Below are positions 46,631-56,119 of a stretch of 64,000 bases of DNA, one piece after another. Position 1 is the first letter of the stretch; every line of letters starts with the position of its first letter. This DNA comes from an uncultured Candidatus Peribacteria bacterium (lineage in GTDB: Bacteria; Patescibacteriota; Gracilibacteria; Peribacterales; Peribacteraceae): contig CAZOJC010000002.1 in assembly GCA_964580035.1 (NCBI GenBank), positions 8,205 through 72,204 of the forward strand. Direction: 5' to 3'. The position numbers and the translations under genes are program-made. The notes under the pieces were generated by a model. The model did not search any database. It was not told where the DNA came from and saw only the letters and a list, made by a program, of their open reading frames with translations.

Positions 46631-49600
46631 TTACACAACTCCACTAAAGCGGCTTAAGAAGGCGGATCCTGCACCTGCGAGCGTCATGAGAACAAAGGAG
46701 ACGAGCGCTGCAGCCTCTGCGCCGGTCTGAGGGAGCACGTAATTTTTCCACTCCTGCACAACGACCTGTGGCTGCTGCAATGGCTGCACGGGAATGGGGA
46801 GAGGTGGTGGTGGAGGAATGTACGTCTGCTGCTGGTAGACAGGGTACGGATCGTTGTATGCGTAGTACGTGGGAGGAGGCGTGTACGACGGCGTGAACGT
46901 GTTCGTATTCGTATTGATGATGGTCACAGGGCCGCCTCCGCCTCCCGTTTCAGGACACTGAAGCGTAGTGGAAGTCGTATTGGTCTGAGAGGACTGAAGC
47001 ACAGTCGATCCTTCGTTGTTCCACTGAATAGCCGCGACATTAGTGGCTGTGCCTGTCGTGCAATTCGTTGTAAGCGTTGGCACATTGAATGCGAGGAAAA
47101 ACTGCCGAGTCTGGCCGGCGGGGAGATCCCCTGCTGTACAGACAACCACAGGAGAGCCACTCTGCACTTCACTCACGCAGCCAGCCGAGCTCTGAGCAGG
47201 AATGAATGAGCCGAGGCCTGAAGGGATTGTGTCCACTACTTTCACATTCTTGGCGACGGCAGTACCAGTATTCTGCACAGAGATGACGTACGTGACCACA
47301 GAGCCGCGAGGCGCGGTGGAAGGTGCAGATTTGCTGCCTGATACGAGAGGTGTGCCGCTGGTCGGACACGTGATAGTTGTGCTGACTGTATTACTCGATG
47401 TTTCTGTAATGCCTGATGCGGACACTCGTGCGGTATTCGTGATGACCTTCTGAACGCAAGGGCTTACTGGAGGAATGTTGAAGACGAGTGTGACGAAACG
47501 TGGCGCTGTGGTTGTCACCGTACCAAGAGCGCAGACAATTTTTCCACCACTTTGCGAGCATCCTTGTGAGCTCTGAGCTGCATTGAAGGGAAGCGCGGGT
47601 GAGTCGGTGGGAATTGTGTCTTCCACGACCACATTTGGCGAATCAGTATTGCCGGTGTTTGTCACCGTGAGCGTGTAGGTGAGGGTGTTGCCGCGCACGA
47701 CAGTGGGGTCACCATTCTTGGTGATAGTAAGGCCGCTGATATTCGGGCACGTAACAGACGTGGTGACAGTGTTGCTGGATGTGGGCGTGCCGTTTCCTAT
47801 GCGTACAGAAGCGGTATTAGAGATGGTTCTTGGGCAAGGCTGAGATGGCACGTTGAAAGCCAGCGTAAGAGGGAGAGAAGACTGCGGAGGAAGGGTGATG
47901 TTGCTGCACTGAACAGCGGTGCCGACGACTGCGCAGTTTGAAGAGCTGGCGGCAGCATTGAACGTGAGGCCGGAAGGAACAGGGTCAGAGACGGTGACTC
48001 CTGTTGCTTGGCCAGTGCCATCGTTTCTCACGGTGAGTGTGTATGTAGCAAGGGTGCCAGCTTGGACGGTTGCAGGGCCGGACTTCGTGATGGAGAGGAG
48101 AGGGAGGGGGCAGGAGATGTTCGTCTGCACCGTGTTCGATGTCACTTCCGCGACATTCGTAGCTGTGAGAGTGGCAGTGTTGAGCGCTTGTGCTGGACAA
48201 GAAGAGCCTGAAAGCTCGATCGCTCTCACAATGATGCTCACATTTCTCACTTCTCCTGGTGCCAGAGAGAAGGGGCCGCAGCTTACGAGCTGTCCTGTGA
48301 CAGTACAGCCAGGAGCAGAAATAACAGTGACGGATGACGGCAATTGGTCCCTGAGTATCACAGACTGCGCTATGGCAGTACCTGTATTTCGCGCGACTAA
48401 GGCGTACGTGAAGCTCTCGCCCGTGTTCACGTGCGTTCTATCGACGTACTTAGTGAGTGAGAGAGCGGGAGATGTGCTTGGGCATGTGAGTGTAGTGGCG
48501 ACAGTGTTTGTGTCCACAGTTGTGATGACACTATCGGCATCGCGGCCAAATTCTACTCTTGCCGTATTAGTGGCAACGGTTTGCACACACTGAGCTGTGG
48601 AGTTGAGCGGCACCGTAAAGACGAGAGAGATGTTTCTCTCGACTCCTGGACCCATGTCTCCCAGAGCACAGACAACGGCCGGAAGATGATTCTGAGGATC
48701 GTACTGACACCCTGGAGTACTGCTTGCACTGAGGAAGTCCCCAAGTCCTGCTGGTACAAAATCAACGACCCTCACGGCACGAGCCACACCATTGCCGGTA
48801 TTCCTCACTCTGATTGCATAGGCGATTGTACTATTACCCCCTTTCTCAACAGTTGCGGGGCCAGACTTACTGGCAACGATGTTTGGATTGGCTACCACTG
48901 GACACTGCAACGTTGTCTGCACAGTATTACTAGATACTGAAGGTACGCCAGTTGCTGAAGCGTAGGCGGTGTTGGCAATAGTATCTGGGCATGATCCTGC
49001 TGATGCGACATTGAACGTGAGCGTCACGTAGCGAACAGGATTCTGCCTCGTGAGCGTGCCAAGCGAGCAAGAGATATTTCCTCCGAGGATGCTGACTGTA
49101 CAGTCTGGAGTGCTCAGGAGAGAGTTAAAAGACAAGCCCTTGCCTTGCGCAAACGCATCATTCACAAAAACGTTTTGGAGATCGGTGTTGCCAGTATTGC
49201 TCACTGTGAGCGTGTAGGTGAGGGTGTTGCCGCGCACGACAGTGGGGTCACCGTTCTTGGTGATAGTAAGGCCGCTGATATTCGGGCACGTAACAGACGT
49301 GGTGACAGTGTTGCTGGATGTGGGCGTGCCGTTTCCTATGCGTACAGAAGCGGTATTAGAGATGGTTCTTGGGCAAGGCTGAGATGGCACGTTGAAAGCC
49401 AGCGTAAGAGGGAGAGAAGACTGCGGAGGAAGGGTGATGTTGCTGCACTGAACAGCGGTGCCGACGACTGCGCAGTTTGAAGAGCTGGCGGCAGCATTGA
49501 ACGTGAGGCCGGAAGGAACAGGGTCAGAGACGGTGACTCCTGTTGCTTGGCCAGTGCCATCGTTTCTCACGGTGAGTGTGTATGTAGCAAGGGTGCCAGC

Positions 49601-52600
49601 TTGGACGGTTGCAGGGCCGGACTTCGTGATGGAGAGGAGAGGGAGGGGGCAGGAAACCTGCGTGAGCACCTCATTGCTTGTGACTGCGGTAATACCCGTC
49701 GCTGTTACCGTAGCAGTATTTCGTGCAGCGAATGGCAGACAAACGTTTGCCATCGGTACCGTGACCGCGAGTGTGATCGAACGCACTTCCCCGGGAGACA
49801 GAGAAAAAGTCGGGCACGTGACGAGCTGGCCCGCTTGAGTGCAGCCTGCAGTGGACCCAGAAGCGAGAGTGAAGGTATCGGGAAGCCTGTCGGTGACAGA
49901 CACGCCTGTTGCGTCTCCGTTGCCGGCATTACGCACTGTGAGTGTGTACGAAAAGCTCTGGCCACGAATCACCTGCGAGACATTCGCAGATTTCGTGATA
50001 GTGAGAACGGGGATCTGCGGGCAGGAGAGTGTAGTGAACACTTGGTTAGATGTTTGCTGAAAGACGCCGTTCATGGAAACTGACGCAGTGTTCGTGAGTG
50101 TTTCATTGCTGCAAGAGCCAGTTGGCACTGCTGTCTTGACTGTGAACGAGAACACGACGTCTCTGCTGCCATCAGCAGGATGCATCGCTTTTTGAACCGG
50201 GAAAGGACCACAAGAGAGAACGTTCGCGGAAGACAGCGAGCAGCCGCTCGGCACGTTCTGCACTGTGATAGAGCTCGGCAACTGATCTGAAATGGTGACG
50301 CCGTTGGCATCAGACCCTCCAGTATTGCGGACGCGGATGGTGTACGTGAGGGAGTCGCCCTTCGTAACCGTCGTCTTATCGGCCGATTTGAGAACAACGA
50401 TGACGGGGGGAAGACACGTTACTTGGGTGCTGACAGAGGCGATGTTGTTCTGCATGACCGGATCTGTGACGCTGCTTGTCACCTGCACTTCATTTCTCAC
50501 TGTACTTGCACATGAGGAAGTATCTAATCTGTACGCTACAGTGAATGACCGAGAGGCGCCGGACTCTATCCGAGCAAAATTGCAACCAAATCCTATTGTG
50601 CTTGCTACACATTCAGAGGGCAGTGGACTTGTGAGTGTTGCGCCAACTGCGTTGAATTGATCGGCGAGGAGTACGTTTCTTGCCGCATCGGGACCATTGT
50701 TATTGATGCTAATTGTGTACGAAACAGTACTGCCTGGTGCTGCAGTCTGCGGGCCTGTCTTTGTCACTGCGATGTCTGCGCTCTCAGCGCAGAGAGCGCG
50801 TACAACTGTTGGATTGGGCGTGGTGACAGGATCTGCATTTGCGACACTCGCTTGCGCGGTATTCCTGATTTCTCCACACTGCATCACGCGGAATGTGAGG
50901 AAGAATGATGTGCTCGCCTGAGGCTGAAGTGAGGTGGTTCGCTCGCAGGAAACGTACGATCCATTGCGGACACTACACCCTTCGCCAGAGAGAAATTGAA
51001 GTTGATTGAGAGGCGCAAAATCATCGACGCGCAGTGTGCCAGTAGTGGGCACGGAGCCGCGATTGGTAACGCGAATCTGATAGGTCACGGTGTCGTTCAC
51101 ACGTACTTCCGTCTGTTGAGCGGTTTTGGTGATGTCCAGATTCGTACGATTATTCACCGGACAATTACTGATGGCAGACGAAATGATAGGCCCAAGCTGA
51201 GTCGGAATATCGTTTCCTGAGACATCTTTTCCTTCCACTCCTATTTGATTTCTGAGGATGCATGCCTGTGGCGGGTTATCGCTCACACGGAAGGTCACCT
51301 CGTACACCGCCTCTGCTTGCTCTGCTACCGTGCCAGCGCGGCACGTGATAGAGCCGGCCCCACTGTCACAGCTCTGCGCTGCGTCTGCGGCACCTGCGAT
51401 GAGGCGACTGGACTGATACGTCATCGCATCGGTTGAGAGGAAATAGTCTCGGATGAGCACGTTTCGTGCCGTTGCCGTTCCTGTATTTCTTGCAGAGATG
51501 CGGTATACGACGGTGCTTCCCGGCATAATGCTCGCGCTCTGCATGGTCTTGATTGGCTGAAGATTCGGCCTGCCGATGATGACGGGGCAGTTGCTGAGCG
51601 TCGTTGTGAGAATCGGCGTAAAGACTGGTGTCGCATTAGTTCCCCCAGCGGAGGCTTGATTTTTGATCGTGCAGACGGACGGATTGTCTGCGACCTTCAT
51701 GCGAACGTTATAGGTGTAGGTTTGCCCGGGAGGAAGCGTGCCGAGTGTGCAGACGAGGCTTTCGCCTGCATCGAAACTATTGATGCGTTGAAGATTGCAA
51801 TGTGTAGAGCCATCCCATGAGAGAAAGCTCATGAAGCTGTCTGCGCGGAAATAGTCGTGCATGTAGGCAGTCTGGATAGCGTCTGTGGCGCTCGGGTTTG
51901 TCACGCGAATTTGATACGTCACGGTATCTCCTGGCTTGGGGTTTGGCGTAAGGAGGACTTTGGAAATCTGAGGCGTGATGGTCGTCACGGGACAGATGCC
52001 AGGGTTAATGAGCTGACTTGCCTGAAGCTCGTACATCGCATCATTCGGATTATCTGACAGCTGCCTCGGTGCGCTCGTGAGAGCTCTCCACAGATACACA
52101 CGAGTGGCGTTTCCAGTCACACTGACTTGATAATCGACAGCCGTTCCTGGCATCACCACCTTACTGTCTTCTGCGATGAATTGTGCCGTACTGGGAGATC
52201 CTGCAGGGCAGGAGCCGTACGAAGCGAGCACAAAGCGAGCAGGGCAATCCGAAACACTGGAAGACTGGTAGACGACGCGCGCGCGTCCGTTGTTCCAATC
52301 TGGCTGAACAGAGAGCTTTCCAGAAGCGAAGGCCGCAGCAATCTGCGAGGAGGTCATAAATGTACCAGACGGACAGGATTGCGGCGGTGCCGGATCATCA
52401 TTATGACAGAGAGGAAGATTGGTATTGATTCGTCCGGCGAACACGTTCTGAGGATTTCTCACTGTTGTATTGCCAAAGCGAAGATCGGTTTGGTACGCAC
52501 AGTTTGGAAGACGGATTTCGAATCCTGTCAGTTCTCCAGGGCTCACCACCTTCGTCACTGAGTCGAACACCGTCTGGAGCCGGAGGTCTGGATCGAATAC

Positions 52601-53167
52601 CTTGTAGGAAACAAACGTGAACGGAAGGGAGCAATTGGTTTTATTCCACAACGTAGCTACATGACCAGGAACATTGATTTTCGCGATAACATTGCCGTCT
52701 CGGACTGCCTGCTTCACGGCGGCGAGCGTGAGTGCATCGCAGTTGAGATCGCCACTCACCGTTGCCACTGAAGGATCCTGTACTTCTTCAGCTTGAGCGA
52801 CAACTTCTGGATCTATCACCTGCTGAGGCAGGATTGCTGGCGCAGCCTGCACTGCTTCCTGCTGAGGCGTTTCATTGAGCGCGAGAGCTGATTCTGGCTC
52901 AGCCGTAGGCGTACTCTGCGCAGCGGCTTCGCTTGCTTCCACTGGAAGCATCTCTTCTTGGGTAGCTATAACGGCTGACTCTCCTTCAGCTTGAGTAATA
53001 CTAGGCTCCGATTTACTCTCACTGTACGGCAAGAGTTCATCGGCAGACGCTGGCAGAACGTAGCGCGAGATGAAAGTATCAATGCTCGCTCCTGCGCTTG
53101 CATAGACAATCGTGGATAGAAATACTGCCAGTGTTACTGAGGCAAATTGCCGACGGTACGTCATCAT
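46631..53167 (-). CDS. giant cell-surface protein (about 2178 aa): signal peptide, many DUF11-type repeats, Pro-rich stalk and an LPXTG sortase anchor
   Basis: The start is placed at MMTYRRQFASVTLAVFLSTIVYASA (ATG 53167). Repeated units follow the pattern L(T/S)ITK.G..(T/V)...G..(L/V)TYT(L/I)TV.N.G...A..V.V.D.(L/V)P. The C-terminus is PPPPPLPIP...LPQTGAEAAALVSFVLMTLAGAGSAFLSR. Confidence 0.85.
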   Translation of the reverse strand: MMTYRRQFASVTLAVFLSTIVYASAGASIDTFISRYVLPASADELLPYSESKSEPSITQAEGESAVIATQEEMLPVEASEAAAQSTPTAEPESALALNETPQQEAVQAAPAILPQQVIDPEVVAQAEEVQDPSVATVSGDLNCDALTLAAVKQAVRDGNVIAKINVPGHVATLWNKTNCSLPFTFVSYKVFDPDLRLQTVFDSVTKVVSPGELTGFEIRLPNCAYQTDLRFGNTTVRNPQNVFAGRINTNLPLCHNDDPAPPQSCPSGTFMTSSQIAAAFASGKLSVQPDWNNGRARVVYQSSSVSDCPARFVLASYGSCPAGSPSTAQFIAEDSKVVMPGTAVDYQVSVTGNATRVYLWRALTSAPRQLSDNPNDAMYELQASQLINPGICPVTTITPQISKVLLTPNPKPGDTVTYQIRVTNPSATDAIQTAYMHDYFRADSFMSFLSWDGSTHCNLQRINSFDAGESLVCTLGTLPPGQTYTYNVRMKVADNPSVCTIKNQASAGGTNATPVFTPILTTTLSNCPVIIGRPNLQPIKTMQSASIMPGSTVVYRISARNTGTATARNVLIRDYFLSTDAMTYQSSRLIAGAADAAQSCDSGAGSITCRAGTVAEQAEAVYEVTFRVSDNPPQACILRNQIGVEGKDVSGNDIPTQLGPIISSAISNCPVNNRTNLDITKTAQQTEVRVNDTVTYQIRVTNRGSVPTTGTLRVDDFAPLNQLQFLSGEGCSVRNGSYVSCERTTSLQPQASTSFFLTFRVMQCGEIRNTAQASVANADPVTTPNPTVVRALCAESADIAVTKTGPQTAAPGSTVSYTISINNNGPDAARNVLLADQFNAVGATLTSPLPSECVASTIGFGCNFARIESGASRSFTVAYRLDTSSCASTVRNEVQVTSSVTDPVMQNNIASVSTQVTCLPPVIVVLKSADKTTVTKGDSLTYTIRVRNTGGSDANGVTISDQLPSSITVQNVPSGCSLSSANVLSCGPFPVQKAMHPADGSRDVVFSFTVKTAVPTGSCSNETLTNTASVSMNGVFQQTSNQVFTTLSCPQIPVLTITKSANVSQVIRGQSFSYTLTVRNAGNGDATGVSVTDRLPDTFTLASGSTAGCTQAGQLVTCPTFSLSPGEVRSITLAVTVPMANVCLPFAARNTATVTATGITAVTSNEVLTQVSCPLPLLSITKSGPATVQAGTLATYTLTVRNDGTGQATGVTVSDPVPSGLTFNAAASSSNCAVVGTAVQCSNITLPPQSSLPLTLAFNVPSQPCPRTISNTASVRIGNGTPTSSNTVTTSVTCPNISGLTITKNGDPTVVRGNTLTYTLTVSNTGNTDLQNVFVNDAFAQGKGLSFNSLLSTPDCTVSILGGNISCSLGTLTRQNPVRYVTLTFNVASAGSCPDTIANTAYASATGVPSVSSNTVQTTLQCPVVANPNIVASKSGPATVEKGGNSTIAYAIRVRNTGNGVARAVRVVDFVPAGLGDFLSASSTPGCQYDPQNHLPAVVCALGDMGPGVERNISLVFTVPLNSTAQCVQTVATNTARVEFGRDADSVITTVDTNTVATTLTCPSTSPALSLTKYVDRTHVNTGESFTYALVARNTGTAIAQSVILRDQLPSSVTVISAPGCTVTGQLVSCGPFSLAPGEVRNVSIIVRAIELSGSSCPAQALNTATLTATNVAEVTSNTVQTNISCPLPLLSITKSGPATVQAGTLATYTLTVRNDGTGQATGVTVSDPVPSGLTFNAAASSSNCAVVGTAVQCSNITLPPQSSLPLTLAFNVPSQPCPRTISNTASVRIGNGTPTSSNTVTTSVTCPNISGLTITKNGDPTVVRGNTLTYTLTVTNTGNTDSPNVVVEDTIPTDSPALPFNAAQSSQGCSQSGGKIVCALGTVTTTAPRFVTLVFNIPPVSPCVQKVITNTARVSASGITETSSNTVSTTITCPTSGTPLVSGSKSAPSTAPRGSVVTYVISVQNTGTAVAKNVKVVDTIPSGLGSFIPAQSSAGCVSEVQSGSPVVVCTAGDLPAGQTRQFFLAFNVPTLTTNCTTGTATNVAAIQWNNEGSTVLQSSQTNTTSTTLQCPETGGGGGPVTIINTNTNTFTPSYTPPPTYYAYNDPYPVYQQQTYIPPPPPLPIPVQPLQQPQVVVQEWKNYVLPQTGAEAAALVSFVLMTLAGAGSAFLSRFSGVV
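47667..48115. repeat. 449-bp near-identical direct repeat, copy A, within the giant surface-protein gene
   Basis: A by-eye alignment with 49206..49654 (offset 1539 nt) shows a single mismatch: 47714 a versus 49253 g. Confidence 0.9.
49206..49654. repeat. 449-bp near-identical direct repeat, copy B, within the giant surface-protein gene
   Basis: Same alignment as copy A. It also explains the identical 74-aa shadow ORFs in the track (47797..48021 and 49336..49560). Confidence 0.9.
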
Positions 53168-53357
53168 ATTCGTTGGGAGTAAAAGAGAGCGATGAAAACT
53201 TCGATTGACTGATAGAAAGAGGAGCAGCGCAGTCAAAGGAGAGAATCCTATCATTTTTTTGTATTTTGTCAATAGATGTATTTTTGATGAAAATACTGAG
53301 GAACAATCAGCAAGTATTCGGCTTTCCATAACAAGTGTGAGAATCTATGATTGCTGC

Positions 53358-55157
53358 ATGAAACAGCTCACTACCAGTGCACTCCGACAAGAATTCCTGA
53401 CATTTTTTGCTTCTCACCAGCACGCTATCATCCCCGGAGCAACGCTCGTTCCGGACAATGACCCGACTGTCCTCTTCACGACTGCAGGCATGCACCCGCT
53501 CGTCCCCTACCTCATGGGCGAGAAACACCCTGCGGGAACACGGCTTGCAGATGTTCAGCTCTGCGTTCGCACGCAAGACATCGATGAAGTGGGAGATAGC
53601 ACACATTTAACGTGCTTTGAAATGCTCGGAAACTGGAGCCTTGGGGACTACTTCAAGCGAGAGGCGATTGAGATGAGCTTTGCCTTCATCATCGAACAGC
53701 TCGGCATTCCCCTCTCACACTTTGCCGTGACGTGCTTCCTCGGCGACTCAGACGCGCCAAAAGACACGGAATCTGCCGCAATCTGGCGCGGCCTCGGCGT
53801 GCCTGAAGAGCGCATCGGTTATCTTCCTAAAGCCAAAAACTGGTGGGGGCCTGCTGGGAAGACGGGGCCGTGCGGACCGGATACGGAAATGTTCTACTGG
53901 GTAGGTGAGGGTAAGCCTGTGGGTAATCCCGCAACGCATGAGAATGAGTGGATGGAAATTTGGAACGATGTGTTCATGCAGTACAACAAACGAGAAGACG
54001 GGGCATTTGAGCCACTCGCTCAGAAAAACGTGGATACTGGCATGGGGCTTGAGCGTGTCGCTGCGGTGCTTCAGGGCGTATCGAATGTGTACGAGACGGA
54101 CGCGCTCGCACGTGTGCTGCATGCCGTCCTTGCCAATGCCCCCACGCACGATATGAAGTCGGCTCGCATTGTCGCCGACCACATCAAGGCTGCTACATTC
54201 ATCATTGCCGATGGCGTTCTGCCGTCAAATATTGACCGTGGTTACGTGCTGAGACGACTGATTCGGCGCGCGATTCGCTCTGCCCGTCAGCTTGGCTTAC
54301 AGCAAGAAAACGGACGAATAGCAGAGATAGCAAAAATAGTAATAGATACCTATTCTGAGCCCTATCCTCAGCTAAAAAATAAGAACAAAGAAATTGTTCA
54401 ATCATTAAATACAGAAGAAGAAAAGTTCAATAAAACGCTTCAAGAAGGGCTAAAGCACTTTGAGAAGATAGCTCAGACGTGCGGATCTCGACTCGATGGA
54501 ACTGCTGCGTTCCACCTGTATGACACGTACGGCTTCCCTCTCGAGCTCACACGTGAACTCGCGCAAGAAAAAGGGCTCTCAGTGGACGAACAGGGATTTG
54601 CCGATGCATTTTCCCGTCATCAATCACTCTCACGGACTGCAGGAGAAAAGCGCTTTGCGGGAGGGCTCGCTGATCAATCGGATGAAACAACTAAGTTGCA
54701 TACTGCTACTCATCTTCTGAACGCTGCATTACGAAAGGTGCTCGGTGAGCACGTGATGCAGAAGGGATCGAACATTACGGCAGAACGTCTTCGATTCGAT
54801 TTCTCTCACCCAGAAAAAATGACACCTGAGCAACTGAAGGAAGTGCAGCGGCTCGTCAACGACGCTATTACTGCCGATGTGCCTGTTTCTTTCTCTGTGA
54901 TGACCGTAGAAGAAGCGCTCTCCCAAGGGGCTATCGGGGTATTCGGCGATAAGTACGGAGAGAAGGTGAAAGTGTACACTATGGGTGACTACAGCAAAGA
55001 AATCTGCGGTGGGCCGCACGTTGCTCGCACGGGAATGCTCGGATCGTTCACCATTCAAAAAGAGGAGAGCTCCTCTTCCGGTGTGCGGAGAATCAAGGCC
55101 ATTGTCAGCGGCGGCCCTGCTGAAATCTCTGTGGCTGTGGAAACGAGCCAGCTCTGA
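53358..55157 (+). CDS. alaS: alanine--tRNA ligase, short form (599 aa) ending after the editing domain
   Basis: The start is placed at MKQLTTSALRQEFLTFFASHQHAIIPGATLVPDNDPTVLFTTAGM. Also present are FEMLGNWSLGDYFK, the editing-domain motifs HTATHLL and CGGPHV, and GVRRIKA close to the stop. Confidence 0.9.
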   Translation: MKQLTTSALRQEFLTFFASHQHAIIPGATLVPDNDPTVLFTTAGMHPLVPYLMGEKHPAGTRLADVQLCVRTQDIDEVGDSTHLTCFEMLGNWSLGDYFKREAIEMSFAFIIEQLGIPLSHFAVTCFLGDSDAPKDTESAAIWRGLGVPEERIGYLPKAKNWWGPAGKTGPCGPDTEMFYWVGEGKPVGNPATHENEWMEIWNDVFMQYNKREDGAFEPLAQKNVDTGMGLERVAAVLQGVSNVYETDALARVLHAVLANAPTHDMKSARIVADHIKAATFIIADGVLPSNIDRGYVLRRLIRRAIRSARQLGLQQENGRIAEIAKIVIDTYSEPYPQLKNKNKEIVQSLNTEEEKFNKTLQEGLKHFEKIAQTCGSRLDGTAAFHLYDTYGFPLELTRELAQEKGLSVDEQGFADAFSRHQSLSRTAGEKRFAGGLADQSDETTKLHTATHLLNAALRKVLGEHVMQKGSNITAERLRFDFSHPEKMTPEQLKEVQRLVNDAITADVPVSFSVMTVEEALSQGAIGVFGDKYGEKVKVYTMGDYSKEICGGPHVARTGMLGSFTIQKEESSSSGVRRIKAIVSGGPAEISVAVETSQL

Positions 55158-55165
55158 GAGCCTCA

Positions 55166-56098
55166 TTACGAGAGCACTGAGATGGCCGCTGAAAGCTCTG
55201 CGAGCTCTGCTGTGATATTTGATTGTCTCGTCTGGTTGTATCCGAGAGTGAGATCCTCGATCATATCCGAGGCATTATCTGTCGCATTGCGCATCGCTAC
55301 CATGCGGGCAGAGTGCTCAGAAGCGACGGCCTCTAACACTGCTTGGTAGATTTGAATTTCTGTGAGCTGCGGAAGGATGGCATCCAACACCTCTTTCTGT
55401 GAGGGTTCAAACAGGTAATCGACGACATCTTCCTTGTCCTGTGCGTTTAGCTCTTCTTCCTCTTTGGTCAAACGCTTTCGCGTGATGATGGATCCGACCA
55501 TTTCTCGCATTTCGCTTGGTGAGAATGGCAGGAGCACTTTCACTGCAGTTTCCTGCACCATGGGCGAAACGAAGTCTGAGTAGATGAGCACGACGTGATC
55601 GTAGCGATCGCTCAGATAACTTTCCTCTGCCAATCGTGCGATGGGGAGGGAGTCTTTGAACGTTGGGTGATTTGACAGAGCAGGAAAGGTGGCAAGCACC
55701 GTCTGCTTCTGGCGCGTGAGAAACTGATGACCTCGCCGGCCGACGGTGATGAAATCGATCGATTCGAAGGTGCTGAGTCCTTTGAGGCCCTGCAAGTACT
55801 GATTCACGGCGCGGAAGACCTGAGCATTGAGGCCGCCACACAACCCTCGATCGGAAGTGAACACAATGCCGAGCACTCTCTTCACCGGATGCTCGGCGAG
55901 AAACGGATGATCGTGTGAGGCGCGACCCAAGGATTGCAGAATGCTCCACGCGTGCAGCGCGTATCGACGGAGCTGCTGAGCATTCTGAACCGCCTTGCGC
56001 ATCTTTGCGGCAGACACCATCTCGAGCGCCTTCGTCACCTGTTTTGTGGACTTCGTCGCCTTTATCTTCTGCCGGAAATCGCGGAGACTGCGCGCCAT
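55166..56098 (-). CDS. atpG: F-type ATP synthase gamma subunit
   Basis: The N-terminus is LRDFRQKIKATKSTKQVTKALEMVSAAKMRKA and the C-terminus is YNQTRQSNITAELAELS. Confidence 0.9.
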   Translation of the reverse strand: MARSLRDFRQKIKATKSTKQVTKALEMVSAAKMRKAVQNAQQLRRYALHAWSILQSLGRASHDHPFLAEHPVKRVLGIVFTSDRGLCGGLNAQVFRAVNQYLQGLKGLSTFESIDFITVGRRGHQFLTRQKQTVLATFPALSNHPTFKDSLPIARLAEESYLSDRYDHVVLIYSDFVSPMVQETAVKVLLPFSPSEMREMVGSIITRKRLTKEEEELNAQDKEDVVDYLFEPSQKEVLDAILPQLTEIQIYQAVLEAVASEHSARMVAMRNATDNASDMIEDLTLGYNQTRQSNITAELAELSAAISVLS

Positions 56099-56119
56099 GA
56101 AAAGAAATGAGGAGAAAAA

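Noticed and set aside
47797-49560. Identical 74-aa ORFs (47797..48021 and 49336..49560), along with the 224/126-aa and 67/178-aa plus-strand ORF pairs, as duplicated small genes or a repeat array such as CRISPR
   Set aside because: They are frame shadows of the 449-bp duplication inside the giant adhesin gene. The repeat unit is far too long, and no short repeat-spacer periodicity exists anywhere in the window.
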